Positions 24,261 through 37,200 of a DNA stretch of 64,000 bases are shown here, one piece after another. The notes beneath the pieces are model-generated. The model saw only the letters and a list, made by a program, of their open reading frames with translations, ran no database searches and was not told where the DNA came from. Position 1 is the first letter of the stretch; each line of letters starts with the position of its first letter. Made by a program: the position numbers and the translations under genes. The stretch lies in assembly GCA_965153285.1 (NCBI GenBank), contig OZ229115.1; one strand, given 5' to 3'. This DNA comes from Podarcis tiliguerta. Its lineage: Eukaryota.

Positions 24261-26348
24261 CCTGAAGTCTGAAATGATGAAGGGTGACAGAAATTAGAAA
24301 CCCTGTCGCCTGCTCTAGACCGTCAGGATAAAGCGAATAAACAAACAAATAAATAAATAAATATACAACAACACTGATTAGAAATTAGTTGTTCAAGGCT
24401 GTTCTACAGCAAGCAGGTGTTTCATAACATTTAAGAAATGGTTAACATTTACAATTCCTTAATCATACAGCATCTTATGTGATTAGTCCTGGAGTGTACT
24501 CAGCTCCATATAAAAGCCTATTATAGTCAAATGGCCTAGTATTTTGCAGGAAGAGCTCAGAGTGTAAAGGATGAGACCGTTAACTTTATAATTAAAAGGA
24601 ACTACCTGATGCCACATTACAACTGCTGATCACTATCATCCAGACTGTGAAAAAAGAGTATTCAATACTTAATTAGACAGCTGTTCCATAGGATTACAAA
24701 TTCTCATATTTTAAAAAAAACAGCACAGAAGCACCTTAAGTAGTAATAGGAGAACCTTGAGGAACATGCTGTGGAAGGACTTCGAAGGAGAAGAGTTTAA
24801 AGCTCTTGCTAGGGCATTGATAGACAGCAGTGTGAAAAGCTAGGGAAACTTTGGAAAGTCTCTTAGCTGGAATGGGGGTTAAATGATGGGAACACAGAGG
24901 ATTCCAAACCAAACCATTACAAATTCTAATGCCTGCAATAATTTCTGCTCATTTAGAAAATTTGTATCTTGTTTTATTATTCTGAAAAGTTTGTTCTGAC
25001 TTCAGAATGGGTTTGAGGTTTCCCCACAAATTTAACAATTTCTGTCTCATAGTGGGTGCTGATGTATTATTAGGCAAATTATTCAGATTGCATAAGTTTG
25101 ATTACCAACCCTTTTGCTTTCTAATTGTAGAATTTTTAAAAAGGCCCAATGCCACAATAGCTGCCAGCGTCCCACATCCTTAGAAGCATTTAGAAACAGA
25201 GTTTCCCAGAAAGTTGTGCCCCCCGAATGTTCTTCAGCCGCAATGAGAAACAAAATGGAAAAAATGCATGTTACTTAGTACAAAATTATAAATCCCCCAC
25301 AAAGGTTGATTACAGATGCTACAAGTATATGCTAATCCAAAAGTAACGAATGGTTTTTCAGAGTATCTCACTGTAAAAATGGCAGCATAATTCATATTCT
25401 TAATGAGAAAACGGTGAGGACAAAATAGTATAGGAATAAGAAAGCAACCAAAGCCTTTTATCCTGATAGCAAATTCACAAATACTACAGAGTAGTAGGCA
25501 TAACTAGCAAGAACTTGCGCATTGCTAGTTGCAAATAGTGGGCTTGCTCAACAATGGCCAGCTTGAAGCTGGCTTGTTTAGCAACTGACCAATATTCATT
25601 TTAAACCAGGATCCCTGGCTGTCACACAACACCAGACTGAGATTAACTGAAATGAGAAGACGTATTCCTATGGACGCATAGAACAAGAAGGGGGTGCGGA
25701 AAAGCATGAAAGCTACGGTTTAGTGTTATGTGTGAAGCAGCCCAGTGACTTCAGGCAGGCTCATTGCATTTAGGCCATGAACTCATTAGAGAAGAATGCT
25801 TATTGCTGCTTCTACAAAAGCAAATATGAAAGCAAGGTAATTCAGTTTGGGACAAGCTACGTGAAAAAAACAACACAATATGGGACTCTGTTAAAGATGT
25901 CACACTCTAACCAACAGAGCTATGTTTTCACACAACAACAAATGTTATCCGCTCTCGAGCCAAGTCAAAATGGTCACAAATGGTCAGTTTGAAGGAGAAT
26001 ACGGACATTTTAACTATGTGTACACACAAAATACTCAAGAGTAATCAAAGCATAAGATAATGTTAGAAGTGGAGGCAGTCAGTCTTAGTTTGAGATCCAT
26101 TTTCAAATACACATTTCTATTTTATTACTCATATGCTAGGGGAGCATTCACATGAGCAGGGGTGGCGGCTTTTCAGTACTAGAACAAACATAATTTACCC
26201 ATGCTGTACTATTACGTGCAAATCATTATGCTGCAGACGGATTAGAACGCACAACTGTTGTATGTGCTTGAGGTATGCGGAACAACCCATACATTGTAAC
26301 TTGATAAATAAGCGGAATAGGAATGCCAAAGCAAGTTCCTTTACTTAC

Positions 26349-26564
26349 GTCTCTCCTGGGAAAAGTCCCTAGTAGCTTGAATTCTTCCCAAGGATATCCC
26401 TTGGAAGCCACAAAATCAAAGACGACCTGCAGCTTGCTATTGGCAAGGAAACGTCGTTCAAAGAATTCTCCACTAGGTGTTCGGATACGCAGCTTACTCA
26501 CTGATTCCGGGCTCTCATCTTTTGGCTCTGGAGGCAAAGCCTGCTCTAGAGATAGCCTAATAGC
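26349..26564 (-). CDS. FAF1: FAF1 coding exon (about exon 18), UBX domain with the FPR p97/VCP-binding loop
   Basis: AIRLSLEQALPPEPKDESPESVSKLRIRTPSGEFFERRFLANSKLQVVFDFVASKGYPWEEFKLLGTFPRRD. Acceptor cttctttcttcag, donor GAC|gtaagt; 216 bp, phase 0-0. Confidence 0.98.
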
Positions 26565-27039
26565 CTGAAGAAAGAAGAAGGACACATAGGTTTTTAGCAA
26601 CTTTCCCTTTTCTTTCTGTAGCTTAGTTACTGAGACTGCTACGGCATTGTATCTGATTAATTATAACTCAATGTCCCATCAATGGCTGCTATGGTTGGAA
26701 AAGAGAGAGGCAGGAACTCCCAAGTGCTTGAAGATGAATCTATTTCAGGCCTAACACATTTTGGAATAAGACTTTTTTTGGGGGGCAAGATTTGAATAGT
26801 AATTTTAATTAAATGCATAAACCAGTGTAGCTTCTTCCTGTTGCAAATTGTCCCAGATGCATTGTCCCAGAAATCAATCTCTTTCAAGCACCTGATTTTG
26901 TGGTTGTTTTTCTGCTATGGTCAAAAAGGCCTTCTCTCCAAGATGTTTGACTACGTTCTATTACATTCTGTGAAGCAACTTGTCTTAGGAAATAGGCAAC
27001 CTCTTACTACATGTTGCAACATTTCCCCAACATCTAGGC

Positions 27040-27379
27040 TATATATACCGGAAGGAGCGTCTCCACCCCCATCGCTCAGCGAGGTCCTCTTCCGAGGGTC
27101 TTCTGCTGGTTCCCTCACTGCGAGAAGCGAAGTTACAGGGAACCAGGCAGAGGGCCTTTTCGGTGGTGGCGCCCTCCCTGTGGAACACCCTCTCTTCAAT
27201 TGTCAAGGAGATAAAGAATTACACAACTTTTAGAAGACATCTGAAGGCAGCCCCGTATCGGGCAGTTTTTAACGCTTGATGTTTTTATTATGTTTTTAGA
27301 TATGCTGTAAGCTGTCCAGAGTGGCTGGGGAAACACAACCAGATGGGTGGGGTATAAATAATAAAATAATTATTATTAT
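27040..27379 (+). mobile_element. L2-type LINE 3' fragment
   Basis: Encodes RQRAFSVVAPSLWNTL...FRRHLKAA, followed by a 3' UTR and (TAT)n tail. Accounts for ORFs 26841..27233 and 26951..27199. Confidence 0.8.
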
Positions 27380-28325
27380 CACATCTCTCCTGCACATGTT
27401 TGTGGTCAAAATAATGGGATGCACAACTCCTGTGTCCTTTGAGATACTGGACTCACCTCTATTCTGACAGTGAGCTGAACCATGTTGATCCTAGGAACCA
27501 TATACTAATCCTGGGAAGCAGGCAGTCTCTCCTTAGTTTTATCACTGAGATTCCATCCTGAGTGAACAAGGCAGCACAGCCCCTACAACTCAAGAGAAGC
27601 AGCCCATCCAAGCTGCCTATCAACTTCTCCTGACTTAGAAGGATGGTAAAGGATTTATAGTTCAGACTGTAACTTTGGGCCACTGCACCTGGCTCTTAAC
27701 TCCTAGCTCTTGGTACCTGGCTCTTACTCTGCCAAGAGTCAAGTGCTGTCCTGTCCTTATTATGGTATGGCAGTGCTGGAGGTCCTGTTTCCTTTGGCCT
27801 GTCCTCCATAAACTTGGCTAGCAGGAGGAAAATGCTTTTCTCTTATTTATTTCTAATTTTAAGCATGCAAAAGCCCCATTTTTGGAAAGCAAATTCTTCT
27901 CCCAAGTATTCAGGTTGACATCTTGTGTCAGAAGAACTTCGTTTCCACAATGCAGTTCTATGATGTATATTTCAATATCACATCCATCTTTATTCATTTC
28001 TTAATAACAGCTCAGAAAACAACTAATTAAAATAAATCCTCCTCTTATAACACATTATTAAACCTATAGTTTACTGCATAGTGGTGATAGGTAATTTAAT
28101 TGTTGGGCAGAAAGGGCTTAGGGAATTTTGATTGAGGGAATAATTGTCAAGTGCCAAATTGCTTTTTAAAGCATAAAATCAAAACCATTAAATATTTAGA
28201 CTAATTAATTAATTAATTAAAATCCTGTAACCGTCTCACAGGCAAAATGCTTGACCAGATAACACAAAGAAACACCTGAACTCTTTACAAAGAAACCTGC
28301 AATAAAATTATCTGAACAATAATTT

Positions 28326-28415
28326 GAGTAATCCTATATACACACTTACTCTGGGAGCAAGACCCATTGAACTCAGTGGGGCTAATTTCTGAGCAGACAT
28401 GTACAAGATAACACC
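28326..28415. mobile_element. Short (about 90 bp) imperfectly palindromic interspersed repeat, probably a non-autonomous DNA element
   Basis: aatcctatatacacacttact...cccattgaactcagtgggg...gacatgtacaagat. Similar copies near 28456, 30898, 35470, 44738, 47225 and 52764. Confidence 0.65.
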
Positions 28416-29896
28416 GTTAACTGATGTGAAGCTGTTTTTCAGGTATACAACAACAGTGCAATCATATACATGTTTATTCAAAAGTTAGCCTCAGTGAGTT
28501 CAGTGGGACTTGCTATTTATATAACTTTATTGAAATGAAGCTACTTTGAAGATATGCACTACATTAAACAAAACTTTTATAAATAAATTTGATTTAAAAT
28601 AATATTGCTGCCTGCTAGATCTTTTAAATGTATGAACTGAGTAATGAAATTCCAATGATTTTAGTCAGCCTTCGGAATGCTCAAGCTTCTTTAGATTCTG
28701 CCCAATGGGTTTAGGACTGGGGTGGACAGAAAGTTGAAAAGCTATATGAGCGACTGATATATCAATCATAACGAGAATCAAAGACCAACAGGACAAAGCA
28801 CGAATCCAAGCACTTATGCTTGTGCAAGGCAGCCCTCTCAAATTCTGCCCAATTCCAGCGTCCGACTGCAACCCCCTTGTACCCTCTTCCATTCATTTCA
28901 TAGGGTCACTGAACTATCAGGAGCATTATTTGGGGTGCGTAGGAGGCTTTAGTGGGGAGGAAGGGCCCAAAACACCCTTCTTCAATGACCGAATTTTGCT
29001 TGTGTTTCTGTGGAACCAACCCTTAAAATGTATTTTGGTCTAGTGGTCTTTTTTTTAAAAAAGGGTATTTTTTTATTATCTTTGTCCATGTTTTCTACTC
29101 AAGCACCTGCTTTTCATCCTTGTGTGTTGACATTTTCCATTGCTGTACAACAGATGCAACATTATTTACTAAACCCAAGCCATTATATCAGAGGAAAACA
29201 AACAACAGTAGCTCATTAGAGTTGTTTTCATTGTGCAAACAATACTCCACCCCCCCTCAAAGTAACCAGTACTAAAGCATAAAAATAGCTATTTACAATG
29301 GATATTCTACACCACCGGACTAACCTAAAGGACAATGATGCTTAGAGTAAAGTTAACAACTCATGGATCTGCATTTTATTGATTAAAAATATATATTCAG
29401 AATGTGAATAGGGTGGATGATTTTCAAATAGGCTAAGCCAAACGTCTGTCAGGTAAGCAAACACTATTGCACAACAAGAGATTGTAGGTAATCCATGCAC
29501 TTGGACATGGGGAGTGTTAGTAAACAGCATGGCGAACAATGCTTTTGTATTGCTATACAAATATATCTTATTTTCTTTTCATTATAGCAATCTGCATTAA
29601 ATTGAGGAGGCCAGTTGCAGGTTGAAATGAGGACTGGTTCTGCAGCTCTGAGTAAGAAAACAGTTTATAAAAGGCCATTGTATCCAAAAGAAAGGTTATG
29701 TAGCACAATAACAGTGCACCTATATGGGCAGTATTTATTTTAGAGAGGGACAGAAGCCATTTTGTGCAAGCAGAGTTTTTTAAATAGAATATACACTGAT
29801 GGATTTATATTTTTATTTTGACACTGCCATTGTGATTATGTGTGCAAATTAACACAGGGGTGCCACTAACTATATGTTCAAAGTAAAATGTCTCAC

Positions 29897-29974
29897 TTCA
29901 CGTTCTTCTTCCTGTTCTTTCTTAATCTGCTCCAAACGAAACTGCTCTGCAATTTCTCTCTCTTGTGCTTCTCT
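29897..29974 (-). CDS. FAF1: FAF1 coding exon (about exon 17), coiled coil
   Basis: REAQEREIAEQFRLEQIKKEQEEERE. Acceptor tttcatctctgcag, donor GAA|gtgaga; 78 bp, phase 0-0. Confidence 0.96.
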
Positions 29975-30397
29975 CTGCAGAGATGAAATAAACAAGTCAT
30001 TTCAGATATCATTTATCATTAAGGTATACTATCATATTCCAATGGCCCTCATTTTCCTACAAATTATGCCATGCAAAATATTGGTTGTCCAAACTGTGAA
30101 TGTTCCACAGTTTTCATGGTTTCTCTCGGAGGGTGGCTGTTTTTGGATTACTAGAAAAAGGAGAAATGCATCACAAGAAGGAAGGGCAAAAGAAGACTCT
30201 AATTTGCATAAAATCTGCATATATTGATGAGTGTGTGTATTGATACAAATTTAGAAATAACGCCACCCATGGCCGCCACACTTTCTCAACTAGAGAGTAA
30301 GCTTAATATCATAATGTAATTCCTGGTCTCAAAAGAGTTCATAAAAATATCTTAATTCATCACTAAATCACATTCTCTAGTATAGAACTGTACACAC

Positions 30398-30478
30398 CTT
30401 TGCTCTATCGGCTTCAAGAGAGATTCTGTAAGCTTCATCTTGTTCTCTTTTCACATTCTCTCGGGCCTCACGTTCATC
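30398..30478 (-). CDS. FAF1: FAF1 coding exon (about exon 16), coiled coil
   Basis: DEREARENVKREQDEAYRISLEADRAK. Acceptor ttttcccataccag, donor AAG|gtgtgt; 81 bp, phase 0-0. Confidence 0.96.
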
Positions 30479-33400
30479 CTGGTATGGGAAAAGAAGGCCA
30501 AGAATCAGATTAGGACCCCAAAATTATGTATAATATTCATTCATTCATTCATATCCCATCTTTTCTCCATGGAACTCAATGTGGCATACTTAGTTCTCCT
30601 CCCCACACCCCTGCGATGTAGGTTAGGCAAAGAGACAGTGACTGGTCTCCCAGATCTTAGTACAACACTCTAACCACTAGACCACATGGGCTCCTCTATT
30701 AGGTGGCAATAATGTTTGGATTAATATCCCAAGTGATTGCTTCTTCCACTGCAGAATGAAGAACTAGAAGAAAGCATCTAGCTTAACAATAAAAACAAAA
30801 CAAATAAAAAGCCTAATAAACCAAGAAATCATAATCCAAGTCATCATTATTTTTAAGCTAAGTCACTATGCCATTCAGGTTAGTCACATTATATGGAGTC
30901 TGATCCTATGCATGTTTATGCAGAAGTGTGCTCCACTAAATTCAATGGATCTTACTCCCAAAGTAAGTATGCATTGGACAGTAGCCTATTAGAAAATCTG
31001 TATATTCAACTTGGGCTCATTTTGTAGGGATCTGAAAAACTATTCAAATTGCAACAGTCTCTTACCAATTTAAATCAACTCTAAAGCAATTGAAGACATT
31101 AGTAGTAGAAACAGAAACAGAACTCTGGGGTAACAAAACCAATTGCTTTATTTCCATGATGTGGCTACTCTAAATTCCAAATATGGACAAAATGACAAAT
31201 AAAGGAATGAGAGGCAAGTTCAGTTTCTAAGGCCAGAAAATAGGCTCTAGTTGATCTAAGCAAGTGTTATCATGCTGCTTGATTCCATCAGATTTGCTCA
31301 TGGTAAAAATCACATATTTGGGGTTAGAAAAGGAACTTTCTTCTCAATCAAAGTGCTTTTGTTGTTGCCTTCCCTAGTACCAACTCTCTTGCTTCAATCA
31401 CCTGGAGTACATCTGCTCTCTGCCAAGTTTGCACTGCACCACTTGAGTGAAAGGAGCTAGGGAGTGAATGGCCCTGTCTTTGAGCATGAGACATGAGCAT
31501 GATGACACATGATCCAAATAGCTTAACAACTGATGACCAGTCTTTGTTGCTGCTTTGTATTTGTCATACACCCCAGCGTTTAAACAGATTTATTTAGGCA
31601 GGAATAAAGGTACTAAATTATTTCACACTAAGGACTACTCCTGCCTTGATAGGACTCTAAATCACCACTTAAAATCAGTGGGTTATCAAAAATTATTTGG
31701 CTAGGGTTGGCAAATATGTATTTGCGACATAAATAAAGCCAGCAATGTTTCACTTTCGTAACAATATAATTATACAGCTGATGACGATGATTTCACAGTT
31801 TTAAATAAATTGTATTTGAAATCCAGCTGAATAATTTGAAGATTTAGGCTGCCCTTCATTCTTATAGATAAAAGGGCTGTAGACAATAGGCATAAATAAA
31901 ATTAAACATTGTTGTATCAATACAGTATCATACATAAAATAAGGCAACCATTTTCATAAAAGAATTAGAGACAATGAAACTCATTCAGAGAAGACTAAAT
32001 GGTTTTTAAGACTAGCTTCCAAATTCCTTGGCAAACAGTTATATTTTGACATGGCACACAAACTATTATTATAAAGTCAGCACAAGTTAGTGTCCTTTGG
32101 AGAAGTATTTCAAAGGTGGGAGACCACCACAGAGAAGGCTCTCCTCCAAGGTTCTTAAGGCACAGAGTATGTGGATCCCAAGGCATATATGGCTTTAACA
32201 GTAAGCACTAGCACCAAAAAGTGGGCTTCAGGTGAAAAGGCAGTCAACATAATCAATGTAATGTAATTCCATCTGGCTGCACCACCTAGCAGCTTCGTTC
32301 TGTACCAGTTGAAGCTTCTGAGTAGCTTTCAAGGATAGCACCATGCACAAGCTGAAGTGGCTAAACATCATCCCTCACCATTGTCTATATGGACTGAGGC
32401 TGAAAGGAGCTGGGGTCCCAAGAACACCTGGAAGGCCACAGGTTAGCCACCACTGCTTTAGAGTAAACCAAGTCAAAGGTTACCGAGCATGGTTTCTTGT
32501 GGGAAGGCTATTCCTGTTCTCAGCTGGCAAACCAGTATGACACTGTATTTTCCAGACAGACAGTTTCACGCATTTCCCTTAGGTTTAGTTCTTCTTCTTC
32601 TTGGCATTATTTAAACGGGATATGCCAGGGATGTCAGGAATGTAACAATACATTATGCATGACTGCCTCTCTGGGACAAAGGTGTGAAATGGCACAGCTA
32701 AACCTCCATTTCAAAGAGAACAGTTTCCTAAGCAGATGTACCTTCTAAATCAGGTTCATGGTTAGACAATGGAAAATTGTTTATCTAAGTAAGAGATTTA
32801 ACTATCTAAAATATTTGCATAGTTTTTTTTAAAAAAATACTATGTTTTAATTAAGATCAATGTTACATTGCAAAGTAAGCAATCCTCAGTACAGGACTTC
32901 ATCAGTGTGAGATTACAGAGAATATTATGATACCCTTTCATACTTGCAAAAATAAATATTTGCATACCGCCAGCAACAGCCCTGCTCCCAAGGTTTCTTG
33001 GCCCCTTGGAGCATCAGCAAAGGACATGTCTCTCTTGCAGTGCTTCCCCCTGCAATTATGTTGTGCCTTTGCAATGCCAGAGTAGACCCACCTTTACTGA
33101 GAAAACTATGCATCTGCCCTCCTCCCCTTCTTCCTCATCTGTGAGAGTTCCTCTTACAACCTGCCGAGTTATATCTTCGTTTTATTTATTTATGGGACTT
33201 AAAACCCAGCTTTTGACAGCTTAAATGAAGCATCATATGAACTCTGCACAGCAGCAGCCTCTCTTCACAACAAGGTGTATGAGCAAATTTCTTTACTCTT
33301 GCTACCAACTTGGTCAGATGTGCAACAGCACTGAGTGAGTGCTTACCAACATGAGCACAAACCAGCCTTTGTAACTGAGAACAAGTTCTTACTGCCATTT

Positions 33401-33865
33401 AAAAGCCAGCTGATTATGCCATGTTTTGGATTTCATCTACTCCTTCAGGAGCAGGGCCTTTTCCATTACAGCATGGTGCTCTGGAACTCACATCCAAAGG
33501 AAGTTCATACAACCTCTTCCCTACTAGCCTTTAAAAAGATAAGCATCTTTTAAAAAAAATAATTGGACCTTACTTCCTATTGTTTTATTGCTTGCCCTTG
33601 TTGGTTCAGCGCTTTCTTTTAATTTTGTAAACTTGTCTAATGTACCTATGAAAGTAGAGCATCAATAAAAAACATTTTCTCATCTTGGAAAAGCATTTAA
33701 AACTTAAGATATAATGTGGCAAGCTGCCTTGTACAAGACCATTCTAACTCATTAATGTCTATTTAGACAGGAAGCAGTTCCACAAAGTCATTTTAACCAG
33801 AAATGTCAAGGACTAAACTTGGGACTCTACACATACAAGAAATGTCACTGAGTGATGGTCCTACT

Positions 33866-34294
33866 CAAAGATGATCAAGGGTCTGGAAATCAAGCCTTAG
33901 GAGGAATGGCTGAAGGAGCTTGGTATGTTTAGCCTGGAAAAGAGGAGACTGAGATAGCCACCTTCAAATATATCAAGGGCTGTCACATGGAAGATGCAGC
34001 AAGCTTGTTTTCTCTTGCCCCAGAGAGTAGGACTCGATCCAGCAGATTCAAGTTACAAGAAAGGAGATTCCAACTAAGCATCAAGAAGAACTTTCTGAGG
34101 GAAGGAGCTGTTTGACAGTCAAAAAAACTGCCTAGAGTGGCAGTTCTTGGTGGTGGACTCTCCTTCCTTGCAGGTTTTTAAGCATAGGTTGGATGGTCAT
34201 CTGTTATGAATGCCCTAGTTGAGATTCCTGCATTGCAGGGTTTGGACTTGATGACCCTTGGGGTCCCTTCCAACTCTACAATTCTGTGATTCTA
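33866..34294 (+). mobile_element. 5'-truncated CR1 LINE 3' end
   Basis: Degenerate ORF2 C-terminus (KMIKGLE...LKELGMFSLEKRRLR), then gatgacccttggggtcccttccaac and an ATTCTGTGATTCT octamer tail. Confidence 0.9.
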
Positions 34295-37200
34295 CTCTTT
34301 AAATTGAGGCTATTCTTATTAATAACCTGTATTCATAAACTAAGTGTTTGTGTAAATATAAGCTATCCTCCTCAGTTTTAATACCAGTTATATGTTTTCT
34401 TCTTTGACACTGATAGCAAAGCAAAAACATCTACAGTCAAATTTCAGAATGCAGATAAAAATTAAAAGTTGCCTTTAAAATGTAAGTTTCATTAAATGTT
34501 CTACTCCAAGTAATTACATGGAGCTTTTTCAAGACATGCTTGCTAAGTGCTTTACAGGTCACTGGAAAGCAAATGACATTTCACTCCCTTGACAGCCAAC
34601 CAGCAATATTGCTCACTTACGGTTGTTGAGAAAATGTGAATGCCAGAAGTTGAATCTTGCCCAGATTCAAAAAGCATAATGGGCAAACAAGCTCATAAGA
34701 GTTGCCTTCCTCCATAACTTAGATAATTATTATTCATTAAGTACAGGTGAACATAATTGTACCTCAATGCCTGGCTAGATGGGAGATACAAACTTTGTCT
34801 AGAACAGTAACTAGATGATAGAAGGAAGCCAATTTACCTCACCCTTCCTACTATATAACAGTGACACACAACAGCTTACACAATCAGTGTGTGGGGTGGA
34901 GAATGACAAACCTAACAAACAATTGTAATAAAATCTATGAGTAAAACTCCAAGATACTATAATATAACTCAAGCAATGTGTTAGTTCTACTGGGCTTTAC
35001 TCAAGACAGCAGGACATTATTACAAGTAAAAACGTGAACCATTTTTCAGCAGGAGGTGGTGGTATGCAAAAAGCTCTTAAATTGCTTTCTAGTGCTCCTT
35101 GTAAGCTTTAGCTTTTTAAGTAAACTGCTTTGAGAACACTTGCGTGGGAAAGTGGCACATAATTGTTGGGTTGGTTTGCATCCTAACTAGACATTCATGA
35201 ATCATACAGCTCCTTCAGTCCATGGACAGGACCATGATCTAATGGAGTACCAGCAGAAGGTAGGATGAAGTTTTCCTTTCCTCTGCAGCTTCTCTCAAAT
35301 TGCTCCCGTGAGCCTCCCAACCTTCTGCAACAGATTTTCAGCAGATATAGCTGACTAGTTGGGAAAGAGGAAACAGTGGAAGTTACCTTCCCACCTTGGG
35401 GCGGTGGGAGCATCCTGTAAGCATACTCTCCCCAGGGTTACTTCCAGCAACAGAAGCCTGGTACAAGATTGTAGTGCAACTTTATTCAAGTTTAGTCTAA
35501 AGTAACTCTCATTGTTTTCTGTGGGACTTAATCCAGGGTAAATATGTTCCGAATTGAGGCCTCAGTCAGTATGTTAATTAATTATAATATATTGCTGATA
35601 ACATAGTCATAGGGCGTCTGTTAGACCTGCATGCATGCAAAAATTATAACATATACCATGCATCTTTTCCAAACCTTATGTTTTGCTCAGCCTCATAGTT
35701 TAGCGAACAATAACCATGTATTCTTTACAGTTCACCCCCAATATCTGGAATGAGGGGGACAATGATTCGGCACCAGATAATGTGCAACTCACAGACATCT
35801 GAGCACTGATTTCTGACCTTTCAAACACTTTCACTCATTCTGTGACTATTTCTGCAATGAATTTTAAGGACAAGGAGCAAGAGGTTGAGAGGAGAGGCTT
35901 ATGGATGGGAGAAGTAGAATGATACCCACAAAGAGAAAATGACATCAATAGGTACCCTTATTTAAAAGGCCTGAGGATCACAGTTCTGTATCAACATACC
36001 TATTAAGATACGCCTTTGGAATATATAGATCTATCTAGTGCATAAGCCTCAAATGTGACCCAAAGCAAGCTGTCTTTGAAACACAACAGTAATGAATCCA
36101 TAAAGCAAAATGAAAAACAGAGCTTTTAATCTGTGAGAACAGATTATGCCATGATTATTCTGCATTCCACTGCTTAGCCATTGGATATACATTATGAATA
36201 TTGAAATTTCTCATTGCTTAGCTGTTATTCAGAAATGCTGTATGGGTAGGACCCCCCCTGCCCCCACCTCAAGATGTTGGACAATTGATCTTGTGTCAGT
36301 ATGACAATATAGCAACATTTAATTGGCAGCTTTGATGGAATCAGTATGAAATCTTTTTAGAAATAAATTAAAGTGACAGAAAGATTACTCCATGGAAAGA
36401 AACAGTCTGCCGCTAAGCTGCAGTTAACTTCCCCCTTTTTAATTTCATAAACCTTCATATTTTATTTTAAAATATTTTCTTGATCAGTCCATGTTGAGGC
36501 CAGGCTGAAATTCCTCCCTCTCAAATCACTATCATTGTACACCATCTTTCCACTCCCACTGAATTCCCTGCACAGATAAGCATAATTCCCATGAAGCATT
36601 CTGACCCTGTGGGAATGCCTAGGATGGCTGCTGCTTGAAGCAGTGTCAAATATTTCCCCCCATTAAAAAAAACAGCAACCATCTTCATCTTAGGACGCAC
36701 TCTTGATTGTAAATCTGCTTTAACTTATTTTAATACAGTGACTGTAAATTGTTGTGACCCAACCTGGGAGCTCATGGTGAAGAGTCGGTAAGAATTCTAA
36801 TAAAATCTTAATTATATAATAAGCATCCGCTTCAAACATAAGGCTACTACCACCTGAAAGTTCTGAAGTTTTACTCTCCCAAGATTCATTCAATCTTTGG
36901 GTGGGGCATTTTCTCATCATCTTCACTAAAATGCTGAAAAAAGTCAGTAAAGTTCCATCAAGTACTTGTTCATTATCCAGCAAGGATAGTCACAACTATG
37001 TCCTATTGAACTAAATGGTCAGATTTAAATTGCTTCTCAACTTGGGAAATGTCTTTCTTGTGAAAAGGAAACAAAATCTAAGTTTTAGAAACTCAAATTC
37101 TACACTATCTTTCTAGCTTGTCTTTCTGCATCCTCAAGGAGGAGTTTGAGTCTCAATTAATATCTGACCCAATTAAATGCTAAGTTATCTCAGAGCAACA

